From IMG/VR virus record IMGVR_UViG_3300031519_000183, positions 1-26,522 of that record: 26,522 nucleotides of DNA. One strand, given 5' to 3'. The number at the start of each line of letters is the position of its first letter. Within the stretch, counting starts at the first letter, position 1. Positions 14,210 through 24,415 of this stretch are shown here, piece after piece. The notes beneath the pieces are model-generated. The model was not told the DNA's origin and made no database searches. It was given only the letters and a program-made list of their open reading frames with translations. This stretch comes from a virus. Taxonomy: Duplodnaviria > Caudoviricetes. The position numbers and the translations under genes are program-made.

Positions 14210-15874
14210 ATGGAACTCAGAAACTATCAGAAAAAAGCTTTAGCAAAAGCTCACTGTTGGTTTAAAGAAGAAACAACTTACCCCCTCATCGTACTACCTA
14301 CCGGGGCGGGTAAGACAGTTGTCTTTACAACATTGATCAAAGAGCTATACCTTAATAACCCAGAGAAAAGATTTCTTATCTTGGCTCACCGACAAGAACT
14401 GATCAGCCAGGCAGTTGATAAGCTACTCACTGTGTGGCCTGATGCCCCAGTTGGAATCCTTGCGGCCAGCCTGAAGAAGTTTAATCAAACAGCGCCGATT
14501 GTTGTTGCCAGTAGAGATACGCTGGCCTCAAAGAAACGGCTAGAGAAATCATACCCATTCGACTACATCATCATCGATGAGGCCCACCATGTTGGTCCCC
14601 AGATGAGCAGCCGATACCGAAAGATCATCGATCACTTTGAAGAGATAGGTTGCCCCAAGATCATGGGTGTAACTGCTACGCCCTACCGTATGGGGCAGGG
14701 GTACATCTATGGTATGGATGATCACTTCTTTGGGGGCATAGCTTACAAGGCTACCATCCCCTCGCTAATCAAGCAGGGTTATCTATCCAGGTTGTCATCG
14801 TTCAAGGTAAACAACGATGCCGTCATCGATGCCTCAAAGGCTAGGGTCAAGTTCAAGGGAGGGGATTACAGAGAGTCGGACCTTGAAGCATTGGCCATCG
14901 TAGATGACACCATCTATGCCATCATTAACGATTGGTTAGAGAAGGCTTACCTGAAGGGCAGGAAGAGCACGGTGTTCTTCTGTGTCAGTGTCCTTCACGC
15001 GAACAAGATGGCGTTGTTCCTGCAGAACCAGGGGGTTAGCGCGGCCTGCGTGACGGCTGAGACTCCAATGGATGAGCGAGAAGATATCCTTGGAAGGTTT
15101 GAAGAAGGCACTCTAAGCGCACTGTGTAATGTTGCGGTCCTGACTGAGGGATGGGACGCGCCTCGTACCGACTGCATCGCATTGCTCAGACCTACCAAGT
15201 CGCTTGGCCTATACGTTCAGATATGTGGCAGGGGTATGCGCCCCTGGGAAGACAAGAAAGACTGCTTGCTTCTGGACTACGGTGGAAACATGGGCCGTCA
15301 TGGCTGTATCGATGTCGCTAGACCTGAGCGTAACAAGAAAGATGATGAGGTTGTCGATGAGGAGATGATCTGGATATGTGATGAGTGTCTGTCGGTCAAT
15401 GACATAGATGATAAGAACTGCAGGGAGTGCGAAGCACTCAAGCCACTGCCTCCGGTATCGGAAGAGCTTGAAACTATTAAGGATGAGGTCGGAGCATCTG
15501 AAACAATCATCGCTGCAGAAGGCAATGTGCTATCGGATGAGCTGGGTGAAGCTGACATCATTGAAGTGCAAGAGGCAGTGGAGTTTGTTCGCGCTGAAAG
15601 GGCTGTATCAAAGAACGGTAATGACTACCTGAAGATCATGTTTAAGACTGAGGAAAACTACTGGCCTAGATCTACCGCACTCATGATGACCATGAAGGGT
15701 AAGCCTAGGGAGGTAGCTGAAAAGAAATGGAGGATTATGTCGAGAGGTTTTGATCTTCCGTACAGCATTGAGTCAGCAGTCCAGATGGTGGACAGCGGGG
15801 CGCTGCTTGAGATAAAGAAAGTTAACCTAAGAAAAGAGGGGAGGTACTGGAATGTCATCGGAGTTACTTTTTGA
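14210..15874 (+). CDS. Superfamily 2 DEAH helicase (RadD/YejH-like) with Zn ribbon
   Basis: Q motif LRNYQ, PTGAGKT, DEAH, TAT, LTEGWD and QICGRGMR; C-terminal CDEC...CREC. Confidence 0.95.
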   Translation: MELRNYQKKALAKAHCWFKEETTYPLIVLPTGAGKTVVFTTLIKELYLNNPEKRFLILAHRQELISQAVDKLLTVWPDAPVGILAASLKKFNQTAPIVVASRDTLASKKRLEKSYPFDYIIIDEAHHVGPQMSSRYRKIIDHFEEIGCPKIMGVTATPYRMGQGYIYGMDDHFFGGIAYKATIPSLIKQGYLSRLSSFKVNNDAVIDASKARVKFKGGDYRESDLEALAIVDDTIYAIINDWLEKAYLKGRKSTVFFCVSVLHANKMALFLQNQGVSAACVTAETPMDEREDILGRFEEGTLSALCNVAVLTEGWDAPRTDCIALLRPTKSLGLYVQICGRGMRPWEDKKDCLLLDYGGNMGRHGCIDVARPERNKKDDEVVDEEMIWICDECLSVNDIDDKNCRECEALKPLPPVSEELETIKDEVGASETIIAAEGNVLSDELGEADIIEVQEAVEFVRAERAVSKNGNDYLKIMFKTEENYWPRSTALMMTMKGKPREVAEKKWRIMSRGFDLPYSIESAVQMVDSGALLEIKKVNLRKEGRYWNVIGVTF

Positions 15875-16949
15875 AGAGATGGATAAGCGAATAGCTGAAG
15901 ACAACGATAGGTTCAGGGGTCACATGGGGATGAGTGTGATCGGTGGTGATGATGAGCGAAAGATATGGATGGACTTCCACTGGTGTTTGCCGTCTTCATT
16001 TGAGGGCAGGATGCTCAGGTTGTTTGACCTGGGCAATCACATCGAGGATCAACTGGTTCACTTCATCAAGAAGACTGATGTGTTCGATGTCTCTGCAGTA
16101 GATGGTAACGGTGATCAGTACCGCGCATCCTACTTGGGAGGCCACTTCGGGGGGAGTTGTGATGGCTTTGTTAAGCGAGTGATTGATGAAGACCCAGAAC
16201 AGGTGCTTGTCTTTGAGGCTAAGTCAGCCAACAACACTAGGTTTAATGCGCTTGTTAAGCTGGAGGATTATCAGGCATGGTCTAAGACATATCAGTGGCA
16301 GATACATTGCTACATGGGGTGCTTTGATCTGAAGAAGACCATGGTTGTTGTCATGAATAAGAACAACAGCCAGATCTATTCAGAGATTATCGACTTCAAT
16401 CCAGAGATATGGGAGCAGGCTCAAGAGAAAGCTAAGAGGATCATCTCTTCTGACAAGCCCGGCGCTGGTTTGAACGAGACTGATTGGCGGTTGAAGAATG
16501 AGACTGAACAGTACAGGGGTACTTACCTCGGCCATCGCTTACCACCATCAGTTAACTGCAGGAACTGTGACTCCTGTAAGCCTGATATGGAAAGCGATAA
16601 GGCAGCATGGCACTGCAGTAGATTCAGTAAAGACCTGACCCTCGATGAGCAGAAGCAGGGGTGTCGGGATCATCGATGGAATCCCAACCTTGTTAGGGCA
16701 GACCTCATCGAGGAGGAATGCACTGATGATGTCATGGCGTACCGTGCTGGGATCTTTACGTTCTACAATGTCACGGCAGATAAGCTAGGAGATAAGCACT
16801 TCAGCAGCCCTGAGATGCGTGAGCTCTCCAAGATAGACTATATGTTTACTGGGATATCTGACATGGAGAAACTAAGAAACTTCTTTGACGGGGAGTTCGA
16901 TAACCTAGAGAAGGTACAAGTTATGGATGAGGATAATACTCCGTTCTAG
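15852..16949 (+). CDS. Cas4-like PD-(D/E)xK exonuclease
   Basis: G..IE, GSCDG, EAK and Q...YM motifs; C-terminal CRNCDSC...C cluster. Confidence 0.88.
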   Translation: MSSELLFEEMDKRIAEDNDRFRGHMGMSVIGGDDERKIWMDFHWCLPSSFEGRMLRLFDLGNHIEDQLVHFIKKTDVFDVSAVDGNGDQYRASYLGGHFGGSCDGFVKRVIDEDPEQVLVFEAKSANNTRFNALVKLEDYQAWSKTYQWQIHCYMGCFDLKKTMVVVMNKNNSQIYSEIIDFNPEIWEQAQEKAKRIISSDKPGAGLNETDWRLKNETEQYRGTYLGHRLPPSVNCRNCDSCKPDMESDKAAWHCSRFSKDLTLDEQKQGCRDHRWNPNLVRADLIEEECTDDVMAYRAGIFTFYNVTADKLGDKHFSSPEMRELSKIDYMFTGISDMEKLRNFFDGEFDNLEKVQVMDEDNTPF

Positions 16950-17295
16950 GTAACTCTCTTGGATCGACAATGATCTGGATAACGAGCCCTGGATACAGGG
17001 CTTCGACTAACTTCTTCTTCAACGAGAACACTGCCGTTATAATGCCCTTGGTGTCCTCTACAATGACATCTTCTCCGCACTTATACCTGAAGTCAGATAT
17101 ATATTTGCAGATCTTCTTGCCCTCTACAACGCACTCATATGGTATCTGTACCTCAAGGTCATAGATGTAGCCTTGATCTTGCATACCTTTCAGGATTTTG
17201 TACCTGGCACCCTCAAGCTTAGAGTCGAAGACGATGCCATCGTACTCAACCTTCTTTGCAAAGTACTTACTCTTACGCTTACGTTGAGGGATCAA
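16921..17295 (-). CDS. DUF1064 family putative endonuclease
   Basis: SKY.AKKV..DGI.FDSK.E..RY, Y.SDF.Y, VEDTKG and LKKKL. Confidence 0.9.
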   Translation of the reverse strand: MIPQRKRKSKYFAKKVEYDGIVFDSKLEGARYKILKGMQDQGYIYDLEVQIPYECVVEGKKICKYISDFRYKCGEDVIVEDTKGIITAVFSLKKKLVEALYPGLVIQIIVDPRELPRTEYYPHP

Positions 17296-20200
17296 TTAAA
17301 TTCCTAGTAGTTTATTCATCTCCGCTTGTCTTAGCGCAGATATACCGGCAGAGTTTGACTGAGGTGTAAGAGAATTTCTAGTCCCTTCTCTTGAGCTAGG
17401 AAACGCCCGCAAGTCTGGCGGTGGAGTGCGTGGAACTTGCGGGACTTCTGGAGGCAGCGCAGGCAAAGGTCTGCCTCTATATTGACCATAAATATCCCGC
17501 ATACGTTGCTGGTCTATAATGTTTCTTATCTCATTTCTTTCTGTGCCAAAATCTTTTTGATCAAGATAAAGGTTTGGATTTGGTAGAGAAGGAACAAAAT
17601 TACCTCTAACCAAACTCTGCCATCGAGGCACCTTGTTGTCTGACAATATTTTGTTTATCTCTTGCTGAGACAAGCCTAAAGTTTTTGCATCTTGCATAGC
17701 AACTCTTAGCTCTTCTGCTAACTTCATCTGCTGCTGTATTTTCTTTTCGTAATTATATTCAAATTCTTCTGTGCTTCTGTACTCGTTAGTCCTGCCTAAT
17801 TTTCTAAGATTTTTACCAGCATCGCTATTTATTTTATTTGCTAGATCAATGGCCTTGTAGCGCAGAGATTTTTTCATATCTACTTTAACTGTCTTAATGC
17901 CAGACATAGCTTCAAACATTTCGCCGTACAAATCTAACTGATTCTTTTTTGAAACCTTGTACCTAGGATCAACTAACCCACTAGCTTGGAGCGCCGCTGT
18001 TGGGAGGTCTTTAATGTTAAGCGCTCTTGATATTCCATAAAAGTTTTTTGCGCTGGCAGGCTCACCGCCTGGAGTTATCTCCCCTAGCTGCCATGGTGGT
18101 ACATCTGCATTAATTTCTGCAGGAGAAATCGTTGGAATTAACCCATTGAAAATGTGAGAAAATCCAAAGAAAGCTTTATCTACCCAAGGAGCTGTGTCTC
18201 CTGGACCTATCTCATACCCGGTGTCAGTCCTTCCATTAATAACCTCCATGGCTCTTTGGCTTATCATAGCCTGACCCATGAATGGCTTGAAGAATTCTTC
18301 GTAAACTCCACCATCTCCAAGCGTTGCATTGTATGCAATCGTTTGAATATCTTTCTCTTCTCTTATGCCATTGTCTATTGCATTTTGAACCGCAAGAAAC
18401 GGAGTAACTAAATACTCATAGGGCATTGTGTAAGATAAGTTTATAGCTTCTGTCACTACTGTCTTACCTGCGATCTCTTCAGTCCCAACAGTAACTAACG
18501 AGGCATTTTTATCCCAAGGATTTGCTCCCGATCTTCGATAAGCATCAAGCTGCTCTTCATTAGAACCTGTCATCATATGCCCAAGCGCCGTTATACCAGA
18601 GGGTATACCCACTGTAGTTGCAGAAAATCCTAGAAGCCTTTCCATCCCTCTAGCTCTCATCAAAGCATTCTCACTTGAAAGCTCTGTGATTGATCTACCT
18701 AATATATTAAGGCTTGTCCTTATTATTTCTGCAGGGTAAGCAATAAAGTTTCCTAAAGGAGTTTGTCTTAATAGCCTTATCGCTTCAGGAACTCGCTCAT
18801 AGTTAGGAACAACATCTCTCGTTATAAATGCAGCCTCTTCATCTACAAAATCATTAAATTTTTTCTTTGAAAGTTGGGTGACATCTAATCTATTTGGGTC
18901 TAATCCAGCTTGAACTGCTATTTTTCTTTGCGCTGGAGTGCTGGCCTTCATTATGAAAGGCTTACCTTTAATATCAGAAGCAGCAATCATGGATTGGATC
19001 TTCTGGCTTTCTGTCTTGAAGTTAAAGATTCTCCAGACATCATCACCACCCTGGTAAAGCTTGGTCATGATGCTGTTCTGGTATCCTTGAAGAGCTTTGC
19101 TTCCGAATACTTTTCCTGTAAATCCAGACGCTTCAGCAGCTTCATCAATCAGGCTGTTTAATTCTCCTAACTGTGCTTGTTGACCTACTACACCAAGTCT
19201 GCTGTACTTTTCAAACATGGCCTTCCCAGTAGCATCTTTACCAAACTCATTCTTTATAGATGCAGATACAAGGGAAAAAGATTCAGCCATTGTTTGGCCA
19301 TTGGGGACGTTGCCATTAGCTAATGCAAAACCCATGGCGCTAGTCACGTTTCTTATCTGTCCTACTGGGTTGTATGCAGTTTTACCTAGCTGGCTTAATC
19401 CTTTAAGCCCTAAGAAAAAAGCGTAACCTGAACCTAGAACACTTGTTGGTTGCCAAGAGTCTCTTTCTAAAGCATTAATATACTCGTTCTTAACAAACTT
19501 TCCTCTTAACTTTCCATAGAAAGGAGAGTCAGCTAACTTTGTATACTCTCCACTACCAGCAGATCCTTCAGGAAGAACATCTCTGAATACTTCTTTTCCT
19601 TTCGGTAAATTTTTATTGTACTCATCTAGGTAATCAATGAAGTTACCTTTACTTATGATGCCTGCCTGCCTGCCTAATGTTTCTTTTAGTTTTACTGCAA
19701 CATCAGCTTTTCTCACATCTAAAGACCTAGATGTTTTTTCTGGAGAGATATAATCTCTGCCGCTATACTCTCCAAGATATTCTCTAATGGCTTTGCTGTT
19801 TAAAGTTCTTCCCTTTAAAATGCCATCGTTCATTTTTAAAAGAACTGAATCTTCAATAAGGTTTTTTGGATTTAAAGAAGAGTTAAGGAACCCAGGCTTT
19901 TCTATAAGCTGTTGAAGCTGTCCTCTTGCTTCATCATCTGTAACATTCTTACCACTTTTTTTGTTAGCTTCTTTAACAGAGGCTATAGCTTTTTCTTCTA
20001 ATTGAATTGATGGCTTATAATCTTTGTCCAAGAAAGCCCGGTACTGTCTTGTTCCGTACAGACCAAGTTGCCCACCGATTGTATCCATGGCTCCCTTGGG
20101 CAGAAGATCGGGGTGCTTCTGTATTGCTTCACTGTAATTGTCTATTGTTTCTCTTGCTCTTTTTGCAGATCGAAACAAACTAAAGTCAGTTTTTATTGCA

Positions 20201-21387
20201 TCAACATTAGAGTTAATGTTTAAGTTCTTTCCCGTTAAGTTGTATGCTTTGTCTGCTTCGACAAGAGTTTCAAAAGCTTTTATTTGATCTGATTCTAAAC
20301 TGTCTCTGACTTTGCCATAATTTTTTGCATTAGGATCAAGCAATTCTCCAGAAGGAAAGACCGCCTTATCCCAAGCATCCATAATATTTTTAGAAGTAAT
20401 GCCGTTGGCATCTCCTTTACCAAAGACATACTCAAGAGTATCTTGAGCATCGTCTAACGCTATCTTGTTTGCTTGAATTAAAGAGGCAAACTCAAGAGAT
20501 CTTGCATCTCTAATTTCAGCCATCTCTTTATCTGGGAGCATACCCCTGTATCGAAGAGAACCAGCAGCCCTATCTAATTTAGGGCTTTCTTTAAGTATTT
20601 GATCAACACCCTTACCTATAAACGCTCCAGTTTCTCTGGCCGCTGTAAATCCCCCACGAATAACATCGCCTACTATAGGCAGCGCAGCAGTCTTTGAGAT
20701 CAAGGGGAGCCCTATCTGCGCGGTCTTAGCAAAAGCAAATGGAACACCCAAAGCAAGAGCCGCTCCTTCAAGAGCAACCTTGCCTTTGTTTTCTAAAGCT
20801 GCGTAAGCTTTTTCTTGGCCATCAAGATATTGAAGGTCTTTTGTTTTAGTTGGGCCGCCGGGAAGAAAAGAATCTCCAAAAGTTTCCATGTCAGGAGACG
20901 CGACTGTAAACTCAGCAGCCGCTAAAGGCAATAATCCAGCGCCTTTCCTAATTCCTTTTGTAGCTTTTAATATTGCTCCACCTGGTACGCCAAACTGGAC
21001 TAAAGCTTTAGGTAACTCTGCAGCAAACCCAAGACCTTCGATGTTAGGGGCATACATTTCTTGAACAGCTTTAGCTCTGGACACCATCCTTTCGCCAGCT
21101 TCTTCTTCTCCAGCTAACTGAAGGCCATACCCTATGGTAGAAGCAATCTCTGTTGGTATAGAGACAAGACCATTGAGAGCACCTCTGCCAACCTTGCCGC
21201 CAAAGCTTACGTCTTCTTGAATTAATTCAGTGGCTGGATTATTTTTGTCAGAATTTAAATAATTAAACTGAGCTTCTTCTGCTTTAATGGTCAGATTTTT
21301 TTCTTTAACTTTTCTAGCAACTTCATTTGGATCATCGTTAAGCTCATACGGCAAGTAACTACCATCTGTTAGTTGCTTATAAGGCAT
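17296..21387 (-). CDS. Large putative internal virion / DNA ejection protein
   Basis: 1363 aa, no enzyme motif seen; last of a run of large genes; segments such as RNVTSA, YQGGDD.WR and P.GNF.AYPAEI.RT recall podovirus core proteins. Confidence 0.65.
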   Translation of the reverse strand: MPYKQLTDGSYLPYELNDDPNEVARKVKEKNLTIKAEEAQFNYLNSDKNNPATELIQEDVSFGGKVGRGALNGLVSIPTEIASTIGYGLQLAGEEEAGERMVSRAKAVQEMYAPNIEGLGFAAELPKALVQFGVPGGAILKATKGIRKGAGLLPLAAAEFTVASPDMETFGDSFLPGGPTKTKDLQYLDGQEKAYAALENKGKVALEGAALALGVPFAFAKTAQIGLPLISKTAALPIVGDVIRGGFTAARETGAFIGKGVDQILKESPKLDRAAGSLRYRGMLPDKEMAEIRDARSLEFASLIQANKIALDDAQDTLEYVFGKGDANGITSKNIMDAWDKAVFPSGELLDPNAKNYGKVRDSLESDQIKAFETLVEADKAYNLTGKNLNINSNVDAIKTDFSLFRSAKRARETIDNYSEAIQKHPDLLPKGAMDTIGGQLGLYGTRQYRAFLDKDYKPSIQLEEKAIASVKEANKKSGKNVTDDEARGQLQQLIEKPGFLNSSLNPKNLIEDSVLLKMNDGILKGRTLNSKAIREYLGEYSGRDYISPEKTSRSLDVRKADVAVKLKETLGRQAGIISKGNFIDYLDEYNKNLPKGKEVFRDVLPEGSAGSGEYTKLADSPFYGKLRGKFVKNEYINALERDSWQPTSVLGSGYAFFLGLKGLSQLGKTAYNPVGQIRNVTSAMGFALANGNVPNGQTMAESFSLVSASIKNEFGKDATGKAMFEKYSRLGVVGQQAQLGELNSLIDEAAEASGFTGKVFGSKALQGYQNSIMTKLYQGGDDVWRIFNFKTESQKIQSMIAASDIKGKPFIMKASTPAQRKIAVQAGLDPNRLDVTQLSKKKFNDFVDEEAAFITRDVVPNYERVPEAIRLLRQTPLGNFIAYPAEIIRTSLNILGRSITELSSENALMRARGMERLLGFSATTVGIPSGITALGHMMTGSNEEQLDAYRRSGANPWDKNASLVTVGTEEIAGKTVVTEAINLSYTMPYEYLVTPFLAVQNAIDNGIREEKDIQTIAYNATLGDGGVYEEFFKPFMGQAMISQRAMEVINGRTDTGYEIGPGDTAPWVDKAFFGFSHIFNGLIPTISPAEINADVPPWQLGEITPGGEPASAKNFYGISRALNIKDLPTAALQASGLVDPRYKVSKKNQLDLYGEMFEAMSGIKTVKVDMKKSLRYKAIDLANKINSDAGKNLRKLGRTNEYRSTEEFEYNYEKKIQQQMKLAEELRVAMQDAKTLGLSQQEINKILSDNKVPRWQSLVRGNFVPSLPNPNLYLDQKDFGTERNEIRNIIDQQRMRDIYGQYRGRPLPALPPEVPQVPRTPPPDLRAFPSSREGTRNSLTPQSNSAGISALRQAEMNKLLGI

Positions 21388-23468
21388 TAGACTTTAATTC
21401 CTCTAATATAGTTTGCTGCTGCACTTGTACTTAATTGATCAACAGTATCTTTGTTAATTTGATCAGGAGCGGTCGTAGTAAATAAAGTCATTAAAGCTTT
21501 TTTGCTTTGCATGTCTTGTCTGACATATAGTAATAAGTCGTTTGCTTCAGTTGGTTTTAATTCTCTACCAAGAGATGTTTCTGCAGAAGATTTTAATGTT
21601 AAGAACTCTCTTTCTAAATCAGTTCCGACTTGATCAACAGCAGCTTGATCTCTAGCCATCTCAGCTTTATTCTTGTCATACGCCACGCCTGCTTCAGTAC
21701 CTACAGTAAATGCATTGACCGGAACAAATCCTTCTGTTGGCTTCATCATTTGACCAGCAATATACAAAGCTTTCTGAGGATCATCAAAACTTAATCCTTT
21801 CCTTACCTTTGAAAACAATTGCTTTAAAGGATTGCCTTCGCCAGAATTTTTATCGTCGCCTGAGTTATCGTCGCCTGTTGTATTGTCTTTTAATGCTGCT
21901 GCTAAATCTTCTTGAGCTTTTGCCAACTGAGCTTCTAATGCTGCAATTTCTGCGGCTGATGCGCCCCCAGTTACTGCAGTACTTAATTTTTCTTCAGCAT
22001 TATCAGCAGCAAGTTTATACGCTACAGCAGAACCACCGATAACCATACCGGTTCCATACCTCGCAGCATTTTTAAACCGGCCTCCGCCTTTAGTTGCCGT
22101 GTCTCCATCTGGAAGCACTAGTTTATCGTCTGAGCCATTGGTTTTTGTTCGCGTACTAGGGGCTTTAGGCTGCAAATCTTGTTCTCTCCAAGGGGCTTTC
22201 TTTGCCGCTGCCTGTCTCTTCTTATACGTCTCAACTACTTTTCCAAAAGTAGAATCTGCAAAATCTATAAACTTACCCTTTTTTAATTTCATGATGCCGC
22301 CGTTTGCTTTACCTTCGGCTTCAATGTCTTTGATATATTCACCAAGCTCATCATCAAACTTCATGTCGTTGAGGTAATTGGTCAGAGCATCTGGTCCCTC
22401 ATACCCAGAATCTATCAAGTCTTCTTTAGTGACAGCAGCTAAATCTTTGTCGCCTCTTCTAAAAGTTGGGGATTTAAACTCATCGCTTCTTGCTTCCGCA
22501 ATGCTTCTTGCTACCTTGGCAATGCCGCCCTCGGCATCTGTCTCTGCCTCTCTAACCATGTCAGTTATTTGCGGATCTTGAGTGTCTATCGCAGCAATGC
22601 CAGCGGTTTCAACTGGACCGCCTTCTTGTTGTTGAGAAAAGGAGATTAAATTTTTATCTTCTTCTGAAAGAGCATCTTCAAACTCTGCGGTTTGATCTGC
22701 CCGTGCGGAAGGTATTACAAGATCTATAGCTCCTTCTCCAAGATCTCCTAAAAGTCTATCGGTTTGATATTGAGCGGCTCTTTCTCCAGGCACGGGAACC
22801 AGATTCTTTATAATCCCTTTTTCTAAACTTTCTTTAGTTGGAGAAACTCTTCTTTTAAGAAATCTTGAAACCATGGTTCCTGCATCTTTACTTGGAGCAA
22901 ATCCTGTAGATATACCATCTCCTTGTTTTAATTTTTTAAGAGCATTAAAAGCTTTAGCTCCTTTATATCCATACCTTCCAAGTGTTGCAGCACCAGCAGC
23001 AGCCCATCCAGCAACTGGAACTGCTAACAATGCAACGCTTGCAGAAGCTATCGCAAGATCCACAGGATCATCCTTATCGACAACAAGGAAGTTAAACGCA
23101 TCTCTTGCAGTAATTTCTTCCCCATCTACAATTCCAAGTATACCGCCATCTGACGGAGTGGATTGTTCGTCAACAAATTCTCCCAATTGGCTTGAGTCAA
23201 AACCAATACCATCATCATCAACAGAAAAACCTAGCTCTCCAGGAGATGGCATATTAATACCGTCATAAATATTTCTACCGTACTCTCCAAGAACTTCAGC
23301 ACCAGCGTTACCGTACCCACTAGCTGTATCATAAAGACTGCTTCCAACATCGCCCCAAGTAGAGCCACCATTAGACATATTAATTGGTGCAACGCCAGCC
23401 ATGATGCCACCGCCAGCACGTTGCTGGGGGTTCTGGAACATAGGTCGATTGTATATATTAGGATTCAT
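21387..23468 (-). CDS. Putative internal virion / ejection protein
   Basis: 693 aa; N-terminal RPMF..GGGIM; hydrophobic segment LAIASASVALLAVPVAGWAAAGA; stop overlaps the next start. Confidence 0.6.
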   Translation of the reverse strand: MNPNIYNRPMFQNPQQRAGGGIMAGVAPINMSNGGSTWGDVGSSLYDTASGYGNAGAEVLGEYGRNIYDGINMPSPGELGFSVDDDGIGFDSSQLGEFVDEQSTPSDGGILGIVDGEEITARDAFNFLVVDKDDPVDLAIASASVALLAVPVAGWAAAGAATLGRYGYKGAKAFNALKKLKQGDGISTGFAPSKDAGTMVSRFLKRRVSPTKESLEKGIIKNLVPVPGERAAQYQTDRLLGDLGEGAIDLVIPSARADQTAEFEDALSEEDKNLISFSQQQEGGPVETAGIAAIDTQDPQITDMVREAETDAEGGIAKVARSIAEARSDEFKSPTFRRGDKDLAAVTKEDLIDSGYEGPDALTNYLNDMKFDDELGEYIKDIEAEGKANGGIMKLKKGKFIDFADSTFGKVVETYKKRQAAAKKAPWREQDLQPKAPSTRTKTNGSDDKLVLPDGDTATKGGGRFKNAARYGTGMVIGGSAVAYKLAADNAEEKLSTAVTGGASAAEIAALEAQLAKAQEDLAAALKDNTTGDDNSGDDKNSGEGNPLKQLFSKVRKGLSFDDPQKALYIAGQMMKPTEGFVPVNAFTVGTEAGVAYDKNKAEMARDQAAVDQVGTDLEREFLTLKSSAETSLGRELKPTEANDLLLYVRQDMQSKKALMTLFTTTAPDQINKDTVDQLSTSAAANYIRGIKV

Positions 23469-23494
23469 TTTTATTCCTATTCTTTATTCCAGAA

Positions 23495-24415
23495 TTAAAA
23501 CAAAGTGTTGATGGCCATTGCGCCACCAACAAGCTGAGATGCAAGACTTGGATCTTGATAAAAACCATACTGACCCTGACCTGTATTAAACCCAGAAGTG
23601 TAACTAGGCATGAGAGGAGCTAAACCGCCAAGCATTTGCTGTCCTCTCTGAAGCCTCATGTAAGGCTCATCAGCCATCTGAGTTGCTGCATTATATTGAT
23701 AGCCAAGCGCCCTGTCTTGGATGTCTCTTCCTTGGCCGCCAAGCTGATTCATCGTGCCTATCTGTCCGGTCAACATGTCAAATCCTTGCTGACCTAACCC
23801 AGCAATGCCTTGAGCAGCACCCCTTCTTCCTGCTTGCATGGCATCAAACCCAGCCATAGAGTTAGTCATAGCATCATTGTAGCCCTTGTAAGCTAGGTCT
23901 GAGCCAACCTGAGCCTGTCTATCGCCAACGCCTCTTCTTATCTCAGCTTCCTGTACCGCGCCTCTTGATCCTCCAAACGCGCCTGCCTTAACTTGATCTG
24001 CTCTAGCGTCCCTTCTTTGCGTATCACCTCGCCTTTGTATTGCCTGCATCTGAGGGTCAATAACAGCGTTCTGATAAGGGTTCATAAAAGACTGAGCCAT
24101 CTGAGGGTTGTAGCCCATCGCGCTCTGTTGGTAGTACTGTTGAGCTTGATTTAGCTGTGGTGCAAAACCTCCTAGCCCACCCGCCGCATTTCTGGCCTGC
24201 TGCTCCATGCCAGAAAGACCTGCGACTTGCCTTGTTGGTACAGGTATTTGTTGACCAATTAATCCGGGCTGGCCAGGGCCGCCAAAATAACTACCAAGTA
24301 TCTGACTAGCGCCAAACTCTACGCGAGGATCAGAATATCGTCTTTCCGCGCTAGGTAAAACAGTAGGCTGATTAGTGTCAACAATTTCTGTACTTGATTC
24401 AAAAGGATTACCCAT
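23495..24415 (-). CDS. Putative DNA transfer / pilot protein (Gln/Gly/Ala-rich)
   Basis: FMNPYQ..V and AGAFGGSR motifs; hydrophobic Gly-rich C-terminus. Confidence 0.7.
   Translation of the reverse strand: MGNPFESSTEIVDTNQPTVLPSAERRYSDPRVEFGASQILGSYFGGPGQPGLIGQQIPVPTRQVAGLSGMEQQARNAAGGLGGFAPQLNQAQQYYQQSAMGYNPQMAQSFMNPYQNAVIDPQMQAIQRRGDTQRRDARADQVKAGAFGGSRGAVQEAEIRRGVGDRQAQVGSDLAYKGYNDAMTNSMAGFDAMQAGRRGAAQGIAGLGQQGFDMLTGQIGTMNQLGGQGRDIQDRALGYQYNAATQMADEPYMRLQRGQQMLGGLAPLMPSYTSGFNTGQGQYGFYQDPSLASQLVGGAMAINTLF

Noticed and set aside
15852-16949. CRISPR-Cas system based on the Cas4-like gene
   Set aside because: No cas1, cas2 or array; solo Cas4-like nucleases are common in phage replication modules.
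16921-16949. 29-nt convergent gene overlap
   Set aside because: Ordinary compaction at a module boundary.
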